The position numbers and the translations under genes are program-made. From the NCBI GenBank assembly GCA_012295275.1, contig CM022674.1, positions 3,782,001-3,846,000 on the forward strand: 64,000 bases of DNA, given 5' to 3'. How positions within the stretch are numbered: the first letter of the stretch is position 1; each line of letters begins with the position of its first letter. The notes under the pieces were generated by a model. The model had not been told where the DNA came from, searched no databases, and saw nothing but the letters and a program-made list of their open reading frames with translations. Below, piece after piece: positions 1 to 14,986 of this stretch. The stretch is from Chrysomallon squamiferum. Its lineage: Eukaryota > Animalia > Mollusca.

Positions 1-247
1 TGTTAACAGGGGGCGAGTTGAGTGAACGATTTTTAATTTTTTTTTTTTTTTTTTTTTAAAAAGGCTTAAAGAATATTGTTATTATTATAATATATTTCTA
101 ATAAGGCTGAGAGTAAATACAGATTTGTTCTTCTTTTTTCTGTCTGCCCCTCTCTCTCTCTCTCTCATTATCCATATATATATATATGTCTGTGTGTGTG
201 TCTGTCTGCCTGTCTGTCCGTCTAACTACCTATTCATTTATCTTCTT

Positions 248-299
<52 letters not shown>

Positions 300-572
300 T
301 TATAATTTTTTATAAATTCATTATTGTTCTGCATTTCCCTGGATAATTCTCTTATATACAATAATGTGTTTTATCTATGATTAAAAGTAAATTATATGAT
401 TATACTGGGGCCCAAAATAGGTTCACTGACAGCCAGATATCATGAAGATTTTTACTGTTCTGTTAATTTAGATTGTATCTATCTAACTATATATCTATCT
501 ATTTCTTCTATATGAATATATATATATATTTCTCTATTTTAAATTTGTATTTGTATTACATTTCTTTCTTTT

Positions 573-610
<38 letters not shown>

Positions 611-2094
611 TATTTTTTGAAATATACGCTTCCGAAAAAAATAAAAAATAAGAAGAAGAAGAAAAAAAAAATTTTTTCTTTAATCCTAATTGAAGAATTG
701 ATGATTGAAGAATTCTAAATTACTTTTTTTTTTTCTTTCTCTCACTCGTTATTTTTCTTCTTATTCTATTATTTCTGTCTTTTATTTATTTATTTATTTT
801 TTTTTATTTTCTTGTCAAAGGAAAAAGGAATGGAATAAACTAAGCAAAGAATGCATTTGTTTAATGTGGGTTTTTTATATATATAAATCCGTATTTAGTT
901 TCTCGCTATCTTTTTTTTAACTTTTTTCCTCTTTTGGGTTCCCCCCTCCACAATACTTCCACGATTTTTATTTATTACACATAAAAATGATATATATTAC
1001 ATATATAAATATATATATATATATATTATAACGTACGTAAAATCCCCATTTGTATTACCCGTTCCAACGATATACTTATATTAAAAAAAAATAAAACATG
1101 CACAAGCATAGATTTTTTTTTTTTTTTTTCTCACTAATTTCGTTGTTTCGTCACTGATTTTGTCATAGGAATGCTACTAATTCTCTGACGTAGCTATCAG
1201 CCTCGATCTAGCTTTTAACTAATAGCGTATCTGTGACGTAACTGTCGGCCTCGCTGTGAATTTTGATAGGGTTTTATTCTGCGACTCAAAAATATTGGTT
1301 CTATTTTTCTTTTTTTTATTCTTTTTCAGATTTGTTCTTCTTTTTCTTTTTGTAAATGTTTTTTTTTTTTTTTTATTCTCCCATAAATTTTCTTCGCTTT
1401 CTCATTTTCTTCTGTCACTCCCCTTGTTATTATTATTATTTTTTTGATTTCTTTAACTTCTATAACCTCCTTTCTTCTTCTTCTTCTTCTCCTTCTTCTT
1501 CTTCTTCTTCTTAGGAAACAATATGTATAACGTAACATTCGATAAAGTATCACACGAAATAATTTTTTGGAAAACTAATAATCATAAAATAAAACATTCC
1601 TCCATAAAAATGTCAGGAAAATATTTTGCGTAAATTAATCTTCGAAATCCTTCCGTTGTCATGGTCATAAAGGCGTGTTCATACTGAATGAATTGTCTTA
1701 ATTCAGCGCAGTGAATTCTGAATTCACACTGAGTTAATTTCAATAATGAACTGAAGAGAAAAAAAAGTGATATGTTTGACGCAAAATAAATAAATAAATA
1801 AATTAATTAATTAATTAAAAACAAAAAGGAAATAATATATAAATATAATAAAAGTTATAAAAAAAATCTCAAGAGGAAATACACAGAGAGAGACAGACAG
1901 AGACAGGCAGAGAGAGAGAGACAGACACACAGAGAGAGAGAGAGATAATTTTATTTATTCATGTTTTTTACTGCCCACGAAAGTTAGATTAACAATAAGA
2001 AGAGAATTGTCCATCATACTTCTAATTTATGATTACAAAATGAACTAAAAAAAAAGATAAAAGGCCGTATCTAACTTTATTCACTTAATTCCAT

Positions 2095-2785
2095 CTGATG
2101 CTGGCACGTAATAAAGAAAAAGAAACACACGGAAAATATCCGTTTCAAAATGGCGTCTGTTGGTCCACTGACGCAGATACCACTCCACCATAGCCGCCAT
2201 GTTTGGCTAGCCGTCTGCTTTCGCGTCTACTACTACTATCCATATCCCTCCCAAAACAACAAAACATTAAAAAAAATCTATCTCTCTTTCTCTCTTACAC
2301 GCGGAGCGGAGAGTACAACTGGCCACTGGTCGATTTTTATTAACTTCAGCCTGGCGGTCAGTTTATCGATTTTTTTTTTTTTTTTTTTTTTTCCTCGTTA
2401 CTCAAACCCTCCCCCAACACTCCTCCTTCCCCCCCACACCTCTCCATTTTTTTTTTTGGTTTGACCTTCAGCAAAATTCCACAGCAGGCCGTGCGTCTGG
2501 GAATATAATCTCTTACAATTGTTATCGCAATCAAATTACGAGGCGCAGACGAAAATAAACAGATCGAAGTGTCTGCTGGACTTGGACTTGGCTGGTTCTG
2601 CGGTGGCCAGCCAGTCTGGTAAATTACGCCCACTCCAACGGCGCCAGCGGTCGCAGACGGACATTAATTTGCGGTCAGATGAAAATACCAATAATCTGTC
2701 TGCTAGACTGGTAGGCGGCCGAAGGTGACCTTAGACTGGAACTTCGCAGACGACTGTGCTGTGCTGTGCTGTGTGAGCGTCTAAG
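2095..2785. promoter_or_regulatory. CpG-rich island with YY1-type motifs
   Basis: caaaatggcgtc near 2146 and gccgccatgttt near 2193; markedly higher GC than the flanks; no convincing coding signal. Confidence 0.4.
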
Positions 2786-3805
2786 TGCTAAAAAGGATGT
2801 TAGTTGCAAAAGGGTTTTTTTGTTTTGAATGCAGTAGTTTTGATGGAATGTGAAAGATAAATAATTTATTTAGTCCATGATAAAATGAAAAATAAAAATG
2901 AAAGTGAATAAGTGTTATAAGTAAAATAATAATAATAATAAGAAGAAATTAATAATATTCGTAAAGGGAAGTATTTCAAAATTAAAATTTAAAATAAAAT
3001 TGTCAAGAAAGAAAAGATGGCATGTAGATACATGACTAGACAGATAGATATAGATAGGCATATAGGTAGACAGAATGTTAGCTAGACAGATAGATAGATA
3101 CATTAGATAGATAGAGGAGAAAAGACAATTAAGAAAATGAAAACAGATATATTTTACAGTGAATTTTAGGTGACTGTTTCAATAAAAGGAAATTAATTTA
3201 TTTCCTTATGTATTTATAAACTGCAGCCCCCAATCCTATACAAACAATTTAAGATTTTCATAATATGCCTTCTTCTTATTATTATTACGAATATAGTTAT
3301 TCTGGAAACAAACGACATAGCAAAAACAGTTTAAATTTGACTGTTTCGGGTTTATAAGAAAATGGAGAAGTTATCCATTTAAAAATTTAAATAAAATGGA
3401 AACGTAATTAGGCAATTTTGACTCTGTTTTTGCGTGTTTATAGTGTAAGTGTGTGTGTTTTTGAGAGAGAGAGAGAGAGAGTATTTAAAAAAAAATCAGT
3501 TTCTATGTCTTCCAGTTTATGTTTTATGTTGTTTATTTGTTGTTTTTTTTTGAGCGTCATTGAAAAGGAAAAACCAAATCTGGAATATGATGATAATGAT
3601 GATGATAGTTACAACGATGATGAAATTGGTAATGATTATGATCATATGGAAACGGAAACGTTATCATCATCTTTGTCTATGATGAAACCGTTCACTGATG
3701 ATTACATTAACAAAGATGATAATGACAATCATCAGAATGATGATCACAGTAGTAACAATAACAACTAAACTAATAAAAAGAAAAGAAAAAAAAAAGAGAA
3801 AGTGG

Positions 3806-3842
<37 letters not shown>

Positions 3843-4616
3843 AAGAAGTCACAAATAATTGTTATTGAAACTGCAGATGGCTGTAATTTGAACCGGGCTG
3901 AAAAACAGGACCGGAATGATTTTGTTGTTCGTTCTCTCTTCGCAATAACAAGAAAAGTTCACGGAAAATCAATAAGTGAATCTAGTTGTCGACTTGAACA
4001 AAACCACCTGCCGGCCGTGCTATCTGTATAAAGCTCGCTCCAAAACTATTTACGAATTTGCAAAGCAGTTAATTAGGTAAAATACATTGTTTAAAAAAGC
4101 TTACTGGGGAGAAATAAAAAAAAAAAAATCAACAACACATTTGCAAGTCTTATGCGTCAAAAGCAGATCTGAAGAATCAGGAAAAGAAAAAAAAAAAAAA
4201 ACGACCTCAAGAAAAAAAAAAGAAAAAAAAAAAAAAAAGTGAAATAAAAAAAAATCTAGATATGAAGGAGAAGAAGAAGAAGAAGAAAGAAAAAAAATTT
4301 CACTAAATGGATTTACTTGTTTGACGTCAAAAGATGAAAATGGCTTCAGGAAGATGATTTTTTTTTTTTTTTTTTTTTCCTCTTTTTCTTGTCTCCGATT
4401 TTCCTAATTAAATTGTCGCTAAAATGTTTAGCATGAAACAGAGACGGGTTTTTGACGTAAAGAGGTCGTTAAAAATGATTTAAATGCACATATTTCAGCT
4501 TCGAAAAGACATTAAATTGTGTAGGAACGAATAGATTTCTAAATATGAATGCATATCTGTTTAAAATTAAACAGAATTAAACTTTATATATTATGTGACT
4601 TTGTGTGTGTGCGCGC

Positions 4617-4686
<70 letters not shown>

Positions 4687-5440
4687 GTTATCGTTTTTCA
4701 TTTTGCGTTAAAATATTAACCTTTACCAGAGGTGTGCGTGTGTTTTGTACGTGCGTGTGTATTTGTGTGTGTGTCTCTGTGTATTTGTGTGTGTCTGTGT
4801 ATGTCTGTTTGTGTGTGTGTGTCTATGTGTATTTGTGTCTGTATGTCTATGTGTATCTGTGTCTGTATGTCTGTTTGTGTGTGCTATGTTTTTTTCTGGA
4901 TGTGTATATGTGGATTAAGGCTAATTTTGTTTATATCTACATTTTTATTTATTTTTTACTTACTTATATATTTATTTATTTATTTATTTATTCGTTCATT
5001 CATTAATTCGTTTATACATTTATTTATTTATATACTTATTTATTTGTTTATTTATTCACTCATATACTTAGTTATTTATATATTTTTGTTTTTTCCTTCC
5101 GGTTTTTAATATACTGATTTTATTTATTTTGCTTTTGTTTGTTTGTTTCTTTTGCTTTGTTTTTTTACATTATTTAACCCCATCAAATCGACAACCATAT
5201 TAGCTAAATCCTCTCTTTTCGAAAGGTCACGTCTTTATTACAAAATCCAACTGAGAGAAAGTATTAGCAGATGACTTGCAGTTCAGATCGATATAACAGC
5301 ATTATGTTAGCATGTTCGGAGAACAAAGGCAAAACCATCTGATGTTACAATATTATAAATCTTTTTTCCTTTTTTTTTTTTTATATATTTCTTCTTTTTA
5401 TTATTATTTTTTTTTTTTTTTTTTTTTTTTATTATTATAA

Positions 5441-5473
<33 letters not shown>

Positions 5474-5869
5474 CTCCTCCGCCTGCTTTATGGTTGTTCT
5501 GAAATGTCATGTTCTGTAGACTGTAGTTGTAGGTTTTTTGTTATTTATGTGTCTGTTGCTTGGTTACCAGGCTGGTTGGTTTATGTACCATATCTATCTG
5601 TTTGTTTGTTTGCTGATTTTTTTATATAGTTTTTTATTTTATTATATTTTTTATTTTTATTATTATTATTTATTTTTTTTTTTTTTTTTTTTTTTATTAT
5701 TATTATTACTTCATTATTATTTTTTTTTTCCACTTTGGTTCTTTTATTAGTATTATTATAACCATAATCATTATCATCATCATCATCATCAGTATTATTA
5801 TTTGTATGTTTGTCTTATTTTCTTATTTTAGAATTAAGTTCTCGTAACACTTCTGTAGGGTTTCATATT

Positions 5870-5935
<66 letters not shown>

Positions 5936-6063
5936 TTTTTTTTAATTCACAGCTATAAAACAAATCTACATAAACATCTGTACCAGTAAGCGATCCCAGA
6001 ACTTCCAAATCTATCGATGTCATGAAATCGATATCGTAAAGTTATAACTCTAATGATTTTTCC

Positions 6064-6097
<34 letters not shown>

Positions 6098-7046
6098 CGG
6101 ATTTCAGATTTGTATCAGTAGACCGGAAGTGAAATAAATCTACAGGAAGTCGTCTGCTCTGACTGCAAGAAGAATGCGAGGCGCGACATCATGGCGGCTT
6201 TTGAGACGAAAAAGACTCAAAGCGAGTAAAACCACATTGAGCGCTTATATCTTTCTTCAGGAGATAAATAAAAAAAAAAAAAAAAAACTACACATATATA
6301 AATGTCATATTAATAGCTGTACTGGTTGTTACCTCTATAGATGTGTGTGTGGGGGGGAGGGTAGGTGTGTAGGTGTGCGTGTGTGTATATTATGTTTCTG
6401 AATGTGTGTGTGTGTGTTTATGTGTATATGTGTGTTTACTGGTATTAGAAACTCCAATATGTACATTATTGTATTAGAAACTTTATTAATAATTCCTAGA
6501 CGTGTGTTTTTGTATGTTTTTTTATTTTTTTTTTTTTTATTTTTATATATATATATATATTAATGCAAACGTATATAACACTCGGTATTTCATAGTGGTT
6601 TATAGTTCATAACAGCTGCTAACGCTATGATACACTATGGCACATTCAGTTAAATATCGTATATAATTAATGATACATATCTTCCTTCTTCTTCTATTTA
6701 TTTTTTTTTTTTTTTTTCTGTTTCTTTTTTTTAATAATAATAATAATCATAAAGCTGCAGTTATACTAACGATATAAAAATAACGTTCAACATTATCTAA
6801 TCTTACGGTATTTTTTGATTATTTCCAATTACTTGTCTACATAAAAAAAAAGTGGCTTACGTTTTTTTTTTTTTCGTTTTGTATGAAAACTGCTAATGCG
6901 CAGTTTTTATGATATTTCAGGGTATTTTTAGTTCTAGGTTTGTTTCTAAGTAGGTCAGTAAACTTTTCTAGCAATCAATACCGTCTCGACAATGTTAGTG
7001 GAATTTTGGGAATCTGGAGTCTGTAAATCATACCGCCATCTTGTTA

Positions 7047-7087
<41 letters not shown>

Positions 7088-7089
7088 TT

Positions 7090-7130
<41 letters not shown>

Positions 7131-7146
7131 TCGGCTGTAATATACA

Positions 7147-7194
<48 letters not shown>

Positions 7195-7727
7195 GTTCTC
7201 TCTCTTACTTTCTGTTTTTCTCTCTCTCCCCTCTGTGTGCCCACTTGTTTTTCTTTCTTTATTTCCTTCTGATGTATTTTTGTTTCTATTTATTTAGTTA
7301 TTTATCTATTTTGTGAAAAGTAAAATCTGTTGATATCTCTGATACTGGCGCATAACATTCACTTCATTACAAATTGCCTACATAGATAAGAAGAAGGTTC
7401 TTTACATAAAAATGAAATCTAAAATTATAAATTATTTTAAAAATTCAATTATAATCGAAAAACTGCAGACATCTGAAACAAGAACCGGACATAAAGAAAT
7501 AGGACAGGAATGATTTTTTTTTTTATTACTTTCTTGTTTTGTTATTGTTGTTGTAGTTTTCTTTCTTTCACCTGAACAAATTCACTGGAGTTTTATATTA
7601 TAAAATATCTGTTTATTTTTTATATATCACTGCAGGCATATAAACGATAACAGCTTATTTGAGGTTTATTTTAAGTCGACATTTCCTTAAATTCTTGCAG
7701 CTGGAAGCATATTATTAAAAGTGTAAC

Positions 7728-7786
<59 letters not shown>

Positions 7787-7880
7787 CACAGATAGATAGA
7801 TAGATGACAGACAGATAGATAGATAGACATAGCTAGATAGATAGACAGATAGACAGAAAGATAGATATATACACGTGTGT

Positions 7881-7922
<42 letters not shown>
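7728..7922. repeat. (GATA)n followed by (GT)n microsatellite
   Basis: Directly visible; representative of the very many AG, AC, AAT, AAAT, ACAT and poly-A/T tracts across the window. Confidence 0.95.
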
Positions 7923-7926
<4 letters not shown>

Positions 7927-8129
7927 ATTTATTTACTAGCAAAGAAGACAGGATAAAAGGAAGAAAGAAAAGACAAATGAACAGATAAGAAATAAAAAAA
8001 ATATGAAAGCGCGATCAGGATATAAAAAGTAAGTATCAGAAAAAAAAAGGAGAAAAATAAAAAGGAAAAAACAAACGAAATAATAATAGTAATAACAATA
8101 ATAATAAGAGCAACAATTTCAACATAACC

Positions 8130-8270
8130 GTCAACAGCAACAACAATATTACTATTACTACTAATACTATTACCACTACCACTATTACTACCACCACCAC
8201 CACTACTTCTACTACTACTACCACAACTACCACCACTGCTACTACCTACTCACCACTACTACTACTACTA

Positions 8271-8307
<37 letters not shown>

Positions 8308-8341
8308 CACTACTACTACTACTACCACTACTACTACTACC

Positions 8342-8376
<35 letters not shown>

Positions 8377-8380
8377 CACT

Positions 8381-8431
<51 letters not shown>

Positions 8432-8432
8432 A

Positions 8433-8506
<74 letters not shown>

Positions 8507-8540
8507 AACCACTACTACACTACTACTACCACTCACTACT

Positions 8541-8577
<37 letters not shown>

Positions 8578-8596
8578 CCACTACTACCACTACCTT

Positions 8597-8632
<36 letters not shown>

Positions 8633-8754
8633 CACTACTACTACTACTACTACTTTACTACTACCACTACACTACCCACCACCACTACTACTACACACCA
8701 CTTACTACTACTACCACCACTACTACTACTACCACTACTACTACTACTATACCA

Positions 8755-8788
<34 letters not shown>

Positions 8789-8867
8789 CACTACTACTAC
8801 TTACTACTACTACACTACCTACTACTTCCACTACACCACTACTACTACTACTACCACTACTTTACCA

Positions 8868-8907
<40 letters not shown>

Positions 8908-9006
8908 CACTACTACTACCACTTACTTACTACTACTACCACTACCACTACCACCACTACTACTACTACCACTACTCACTACTACCACCACTACTACACT
9001 ACTACC

Positions 9007-9041
<35 letters not shown>

Positions 9042-9475
9042 CACCACTACTACTACCACTACTACTACTACTCACTACTACTTACCACTACCACCACCAC
9101 CACCCACTACTACCACTACCACTACCACTACCACTACTACCACCACTACTACTACCACTACTACACTACTACTACTACCACTACTCCACTACAACACTAC
9201 CACCACTACACCACTACTACCACCACACCACTACCACTACTACTACCACCACTACTACTACCACTACTACTACTACCACTACTACTACTACTACTACCAC
9301 CACTACCACTACTACTACTACCACCTCCACTACTACTACTACTACCACTACTACTACTACTACTCTACTACTACTACTACTACACTACTACTATTACTAC
9401 TACTACTACTACTACTCTACTACTACTACACCACCACTACTACTACCACCACTACTACCACCACCACTACTACTA

Positions 9476-9535
<60 letters not shown>

Positions 9536-9562
9536 CACAACCACCTACAACTACTACCACTA

Positions 9563-9610
<48 letters not shown>

Positions 9611-9625
9611 TCACTACTATTACTA
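8130..9625. repeat. ~1.5 kb (ACT/ACC)n cryptic trinucleotide array
   Basis: Continuous ctactactaccaccactact-type sequence with scattered 1-nt phase slips. Confidence 0.97.
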
Positions 9626-9644
9626 TTTCTACTGATAATAAATA

Positions 9645-9685
<41 letters not shown>

Positions 9686-10103
9686 AGATGATGAGACAAA
9701 AAGAAGAATGAAAAAAATATTTTAAAAAAAAAAAAAAAAAAAATATCGCGAAGATTAATGAGTTCCAAGACCTTGACATGCAACGGTGACGGATTGTGTT
9801 AATTTCCTCCTTTTTTAACTCCGCTGCTCCCGCCCCCCATCCCCCCACCAACCATCACCACCACGAACACGTGAGCAGCTGCTTCACCTTAAGGGCAACG
9901 GCCTCTCTTCTGTGTTTGTTTGCTTTTTTTCCGACACGAAACCTGTTTTGTAAGCGTTTTTTATTAGTGTAAAGTCTGACGTTTCTCGCAATGCAAACAG
10001 CCACATCGCTGAAATGTTAAAAACTTTACAACAGACAGAAGCAAGCGAGTCCCGTTTGCCGAGCCTGATGCGTGAATAGAAATTCACTGTATTAGTTCTT
10101 AAA

Positions 10104-10172
<69 letters not shown>

Positions 10173-11057
10173 AGAATTTTGATACACTGTAATTTGAAAT
10201 TGTGACCAGTTAGCAGAAACCTTGTATAAAATGTAACATTAAGTAAATTTGAAAGAGCATTATTATTATTATTATTATTATTAAGTTGTAGTAATTAACC
10301 AGAAAACGACAACGAATATTTCCCATGACGTTAACAATAGTATGACGTCATAGCGGTGACAATCTGCATTTTGACAATATGAAGACCATATACGGTGAAT
10401 ATTAAAATCAACAACAATAATAATAGAATTACAGGTACATGTTTATGTGAATGTATCTATGTATGTATATGTATGTTTGTATTGTAATGTATTATATTTT
10501 CATTGTTAATTTCTATTTCCAATTTATTTTATTTTATCATATTTTTTTTTTTTTTTTTTTCAGTTTGTTTGTTTAGTTACTCGTATCTTTGTCGATTTGT
10601 CAGATTATTTTTGTGTGTTTAGATTATTTTATTTTTGTATTATTATTAGTGTTACTGACCACCCACCTGTGCTGCCAGAATTGAATTGAAATAACATACA
10701 TAATTTACACAACGAAGAAAATGCTATTCTGTTAAAGGAACAGTCATACAAAGCAATTTAAAAAAATAATGGATTTTGAAACTCATGATTTTACTGCTTA
10801 AATTACTATTGTTGCATAAAGGATTTTTTTTTTCTTAACATCATTGTCAGAAGCACGTATTCAAAATACAAGATCTTTGGACTTTTTAATTGTTTTTAAT
10901 TTTATCATCTTCATGATCATAATTATCATTATATCATCATCATCATCAAATATTTATCATGATCAATATTAGTATTATTACTTCTACTACTACTACAACT
11001 GCTCCTACTATTACTACTACTGCTATCACTACTACTACTATTATTATTTTTTTATTA

Positions 11058-11106
<49 letters not shown>

Positions 11107-12757
11107 AAAAACGGCACTAGGCCAAACTATTATTTAATAATACGGTTTAACGTTAAAAAAAAAAAATAATAAATAAAAAAAAAATATGGTTGTTGTAAGT
11201 TAACTCGTGTTATCGCGCCTTTACCTCTCCGGTCGGATGTGAAAATGGGATGTGATAGATGGCTTGCCACTGATGTCGGCAGTTATAAAATCGCGCCTCG
11301 GCGTCTCTACGGAGACAGTCTGACGTGCATAACAATAAGACACAAAATATTCGCTAAGCGAGCCACAAAAATTTTTCAGTCGAACGTGTTAAAACTGTGA
11401 AGTTGTCTCTGGGCAGACATTTGTCGAAAGATCGTTTAACGCGCATTAATAATGTATGATCTTTTCCCCGGCTCGGAGATGTTTGCAGGCAGAAAGTGGC
11501 GGGGGGGGGGGTGTCCTGTGGATCACGTGACCAGGCGCCACGGATCGGAGGATCTAACCCGCACGCTGGCCTTTGAGACGATCTTCTTTTTTTCTACTCT
11601 GTGAAGTGGCAGGCAAGGTAGATGATACTTTTGATGTTCGTGGGAAGGTACTCCTTTTAAAAAAAATCCACGCTGTGTGTAGATAAGAGTAGAGAATGCA
11701 ATGTGACTGCTGTTTTATTCTTTGTTTATAATTATATAAAAATAATAATAATAATAATAAAATTAAAAAATAATTGTTTGCCATATTATAAGAGTTATAT
11801 TAAAAATATTTAAACAGAACAAGATAAATACATTATTTGTTAAAGCTTCTATACCATTACAACTACTACGACTGCTGCTGTTGCTGTTGCTGCTATTACT
11901 ACTACTACTATTAATGCTACTACTACTACTGCCAATACTACTACTGCTGCTGCTACTACTAGTGCTACTACTACTAATAATAATAAGAAGAAGAAGAAAA
12001 ACAAAACAAAACAAAAACGAACAAAAACATAAAAAGAATAATATTTAACTACAGCAATAGTGATTGATGATGATGATAATAATAGTAATATAAGTAGTAG
12101 TAGTAGTTTTTTAGTACTACTGGTTGTTATAAATGTAGTATAATAGTTTTAGTAGTAGTGGTAGTAGTAGTAGTAGTAATGGTAACATCAACAATACTGT
12201 ATCTATGTATGTGAAGTTCTGCTTATCTATGAACGTGTATGTTTAAAAATGCATGTATGTGGCTATGTATGCACGTGTGCGTATGCGTGCATTTGATAAG
12301 ATGAGAAACCAAACTGTGAAGAAAAAGAGAAGGAACCAATGTTTGCATGGATAGTTTTGGTCATTATATTTATGTGTATGTCTGAGAAAATGCAGAAAAA
12401 TAAAGGAAAAAAAAATGAAAAAATAAAATAAAAGTAGAATGCAAAAACAAATACATAAAGAAAAAACAATCGTGAAAAGAAAAAAAGAAATGTAACCTTA
12501 TACACGAAAACAACATTTGCCAATATTTTCTTCTGTTTGGTCTCGAGTGTGTTATTTTTCTAACAAGGACAAAGAAAAGAAAAAAACAACAAAAAAATCT
12601 TAACTTCTCGCATCTGTTATTTCCACACTATAAATAGCACGGACGTTATTTTTCTTCCCGCTTTTTCCCCCAAAAAACATTCGCACGTGCTTCATCGGCA
12701 GACGAGTCGAGACAGGCGTGGTATGGATTTTTCGAAATGTCGGCCGAGTTATGCATC

Positions 12758-12847
12758 TGACCTTCACACAGGTCAACGGTCTCGCGCGCCGCTTTCTGCC
12801 CGCAGTCTGCCCAGACCATTATCCTCTGTCGTGACCTCGTTTGACCT
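12758..12847. promoter_or_regulatory. Candidate nuclear-receptor response elements: ER6 and DR4
   Basis: TGACCT-tcacac-AGGTCA at 12758-12775 and TGACCT-cgtt-TGACCT at 12832-12847; all four half-sites are perfect. Confidence 0.45.
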
Positions 12848-14485
12848 TCGCCGGCCCCAGACAAAAAAAAAAAAAAAAAAAAAGAACGGCTGGACCAACA
12901 ATACGGAATGTTGCTGAGGTGTTATTTTTCTTTTTTTTTTTTTTTTTTTTTTTTTTCGGATGCCTTTCCGGTCAGCGCGTAGGATATTTATTTCAGCGAT
13001 GTGTGTTAAACGGTTTTTTTTTGTTCACGAAGGATTTTTATTTTTATTTTTATTTTTGGGGGCTTTTTCTTTCTTCTTTAGATGACCATCTGTATGAAAC
13101 AAATGCAGTAGGTTTTTTTTTTTTTGGTGTTTTTTTTTTTTAGAGCGTGATGTGGTGGTGGTGGTGGGGGAGCGTCCAAATGACGTAACTGTTATACACG
13201 GACAGTTGCCCTCAGGTTAGGGGAGTCGAGTGCACTAGAGTCATTTGTACTGGGCTTCTTATATCCTCTCCACCCCCTCCTTTGTCGGTACAGGGATTGA
13301 AAACTTACCCTGCTGCAAGGTTCGAGAGCTTTAATTAGTTTTGGGCCCGGAGAAAGGTCGTTTGGTTAGTTTTAACACTGTTTAAAAATGCAAATAAGAT
13401 ATGGCTCTCGTTTTGGTACAGTTACAACAATCCACGATGTTTGTTTGTTTGTTTTGTTTTGTTTTGTTTGTTTCTTTATTTTGCTTTCATGCTTCATTCT
13501 TCATTTGTTTTATTTGTGGGTTATTATTTTTGTTCTTGTTTTTGTTGACGCTGTTTTTAACTGTTTGTGTGTTCGCTTATATTTCTGTGTAATGAAATTC
13601 AGCTCATTTTGAAATTATAACAATAACAGGACATCTCCCATCTCCCACATTTTGGATACGCCTTATAAAAAAAAAGAAAAAAAAAAAAAAAAAATTAAAA
13701 AATCAGATGTGTAAATGAATGATTGAAAAAGAAAATAGAAAGAAAACTAAATGTATAACTTATTAGTAGTAGTAGTAGTAGTAGTAGTAGTAGCAGTAGT
13801 AGTAGTAGTAGTATGTGCAGTTGTAGTATCGTTGTTGTTATTATTGTTGTTATTAAAAAAAGTAAAACGCAAGAAAGATATAACACCGGAAGTGACGTCG
13901 AATTCGCGTGTCAGAAGATTAACTGCAACGCTCACGCAACTCCCAGAAAAAAAGAAAAAAAAAAAAAAAAAAAAAAAAAAATAAAAATAAAATAAAAATA
14001 AAAGGTAGGGGGAGTGTTACCCATTAATGAAAAAAAAAAAAAAAAAAACCAACTAAGACACGCAGAACTCTGGCAATGATTAAATTCATAATAAAAAAAA
14101 ACAAACACAAACATAATCTGCCTTATCTGATTGGCCAGTTCTATCGGGAGATCATTCATTTTTTTTTTTCCTGTGTCGTTCTTTCCGATTGGTCCAGATC
14201 TGGGTTAGTTAGCGCCCTGAACTGATGATTAAAGATCTGGAGTTATCTGTCTTGATGCGAAGAGGCAACACTAACTGACGCCTGACGGCCGGTTTGTCGG
14301 TTTCATGGAAACAGCACCGACTAACATTGCCAGGGGCGGTATCAAAAGTCACAAACGTAAAAAAAAAAAAAAAAAACCTCGATAAGAGACTGTTTTAAAG
14401 GGGAACGTGATTTCTTCTGTGGTGATGGGGGAGTTGTTGCGTGTTCCTTCGTTTTGTTATTTAACGAGATGATGGATGTTAATAA

Positions 14486-14487
<2 letters not shown>

Positions 14488-14559
<72 letters not shown>

Positions 14560-14681
14560 CCCACATAAACAGTTATTTTTCATTAGTCACTTTTTAAAAG
14601 GTCTCTCTCTCTCTCTCTCTCTCTCTCAAACCCTCATATACCCACATAAACATAGTTATTTTTCATTAGTCACTTTTTAAA

Positions 14682-14757
<76 letters not shown>

Positions 14758-14810
14758 CCCTCATATATCTACATAAACATATTGGTTTTTTTTCATTAGT
14801 CACTTTTTAA

Positions 14811-14853
<43 letters not shown>

Positions 14854-14986
14854 CCCTCATATACCCACATAAACATATTGTTATTTTTCATTAGTCACTT
14901 TTTAAAAGGTCTCTCTCTCTCTCTCTCTCTCTCTAACCCTCATATACCCACATAAACATATTATTTTTGATTAGTCATTTTTTAAA

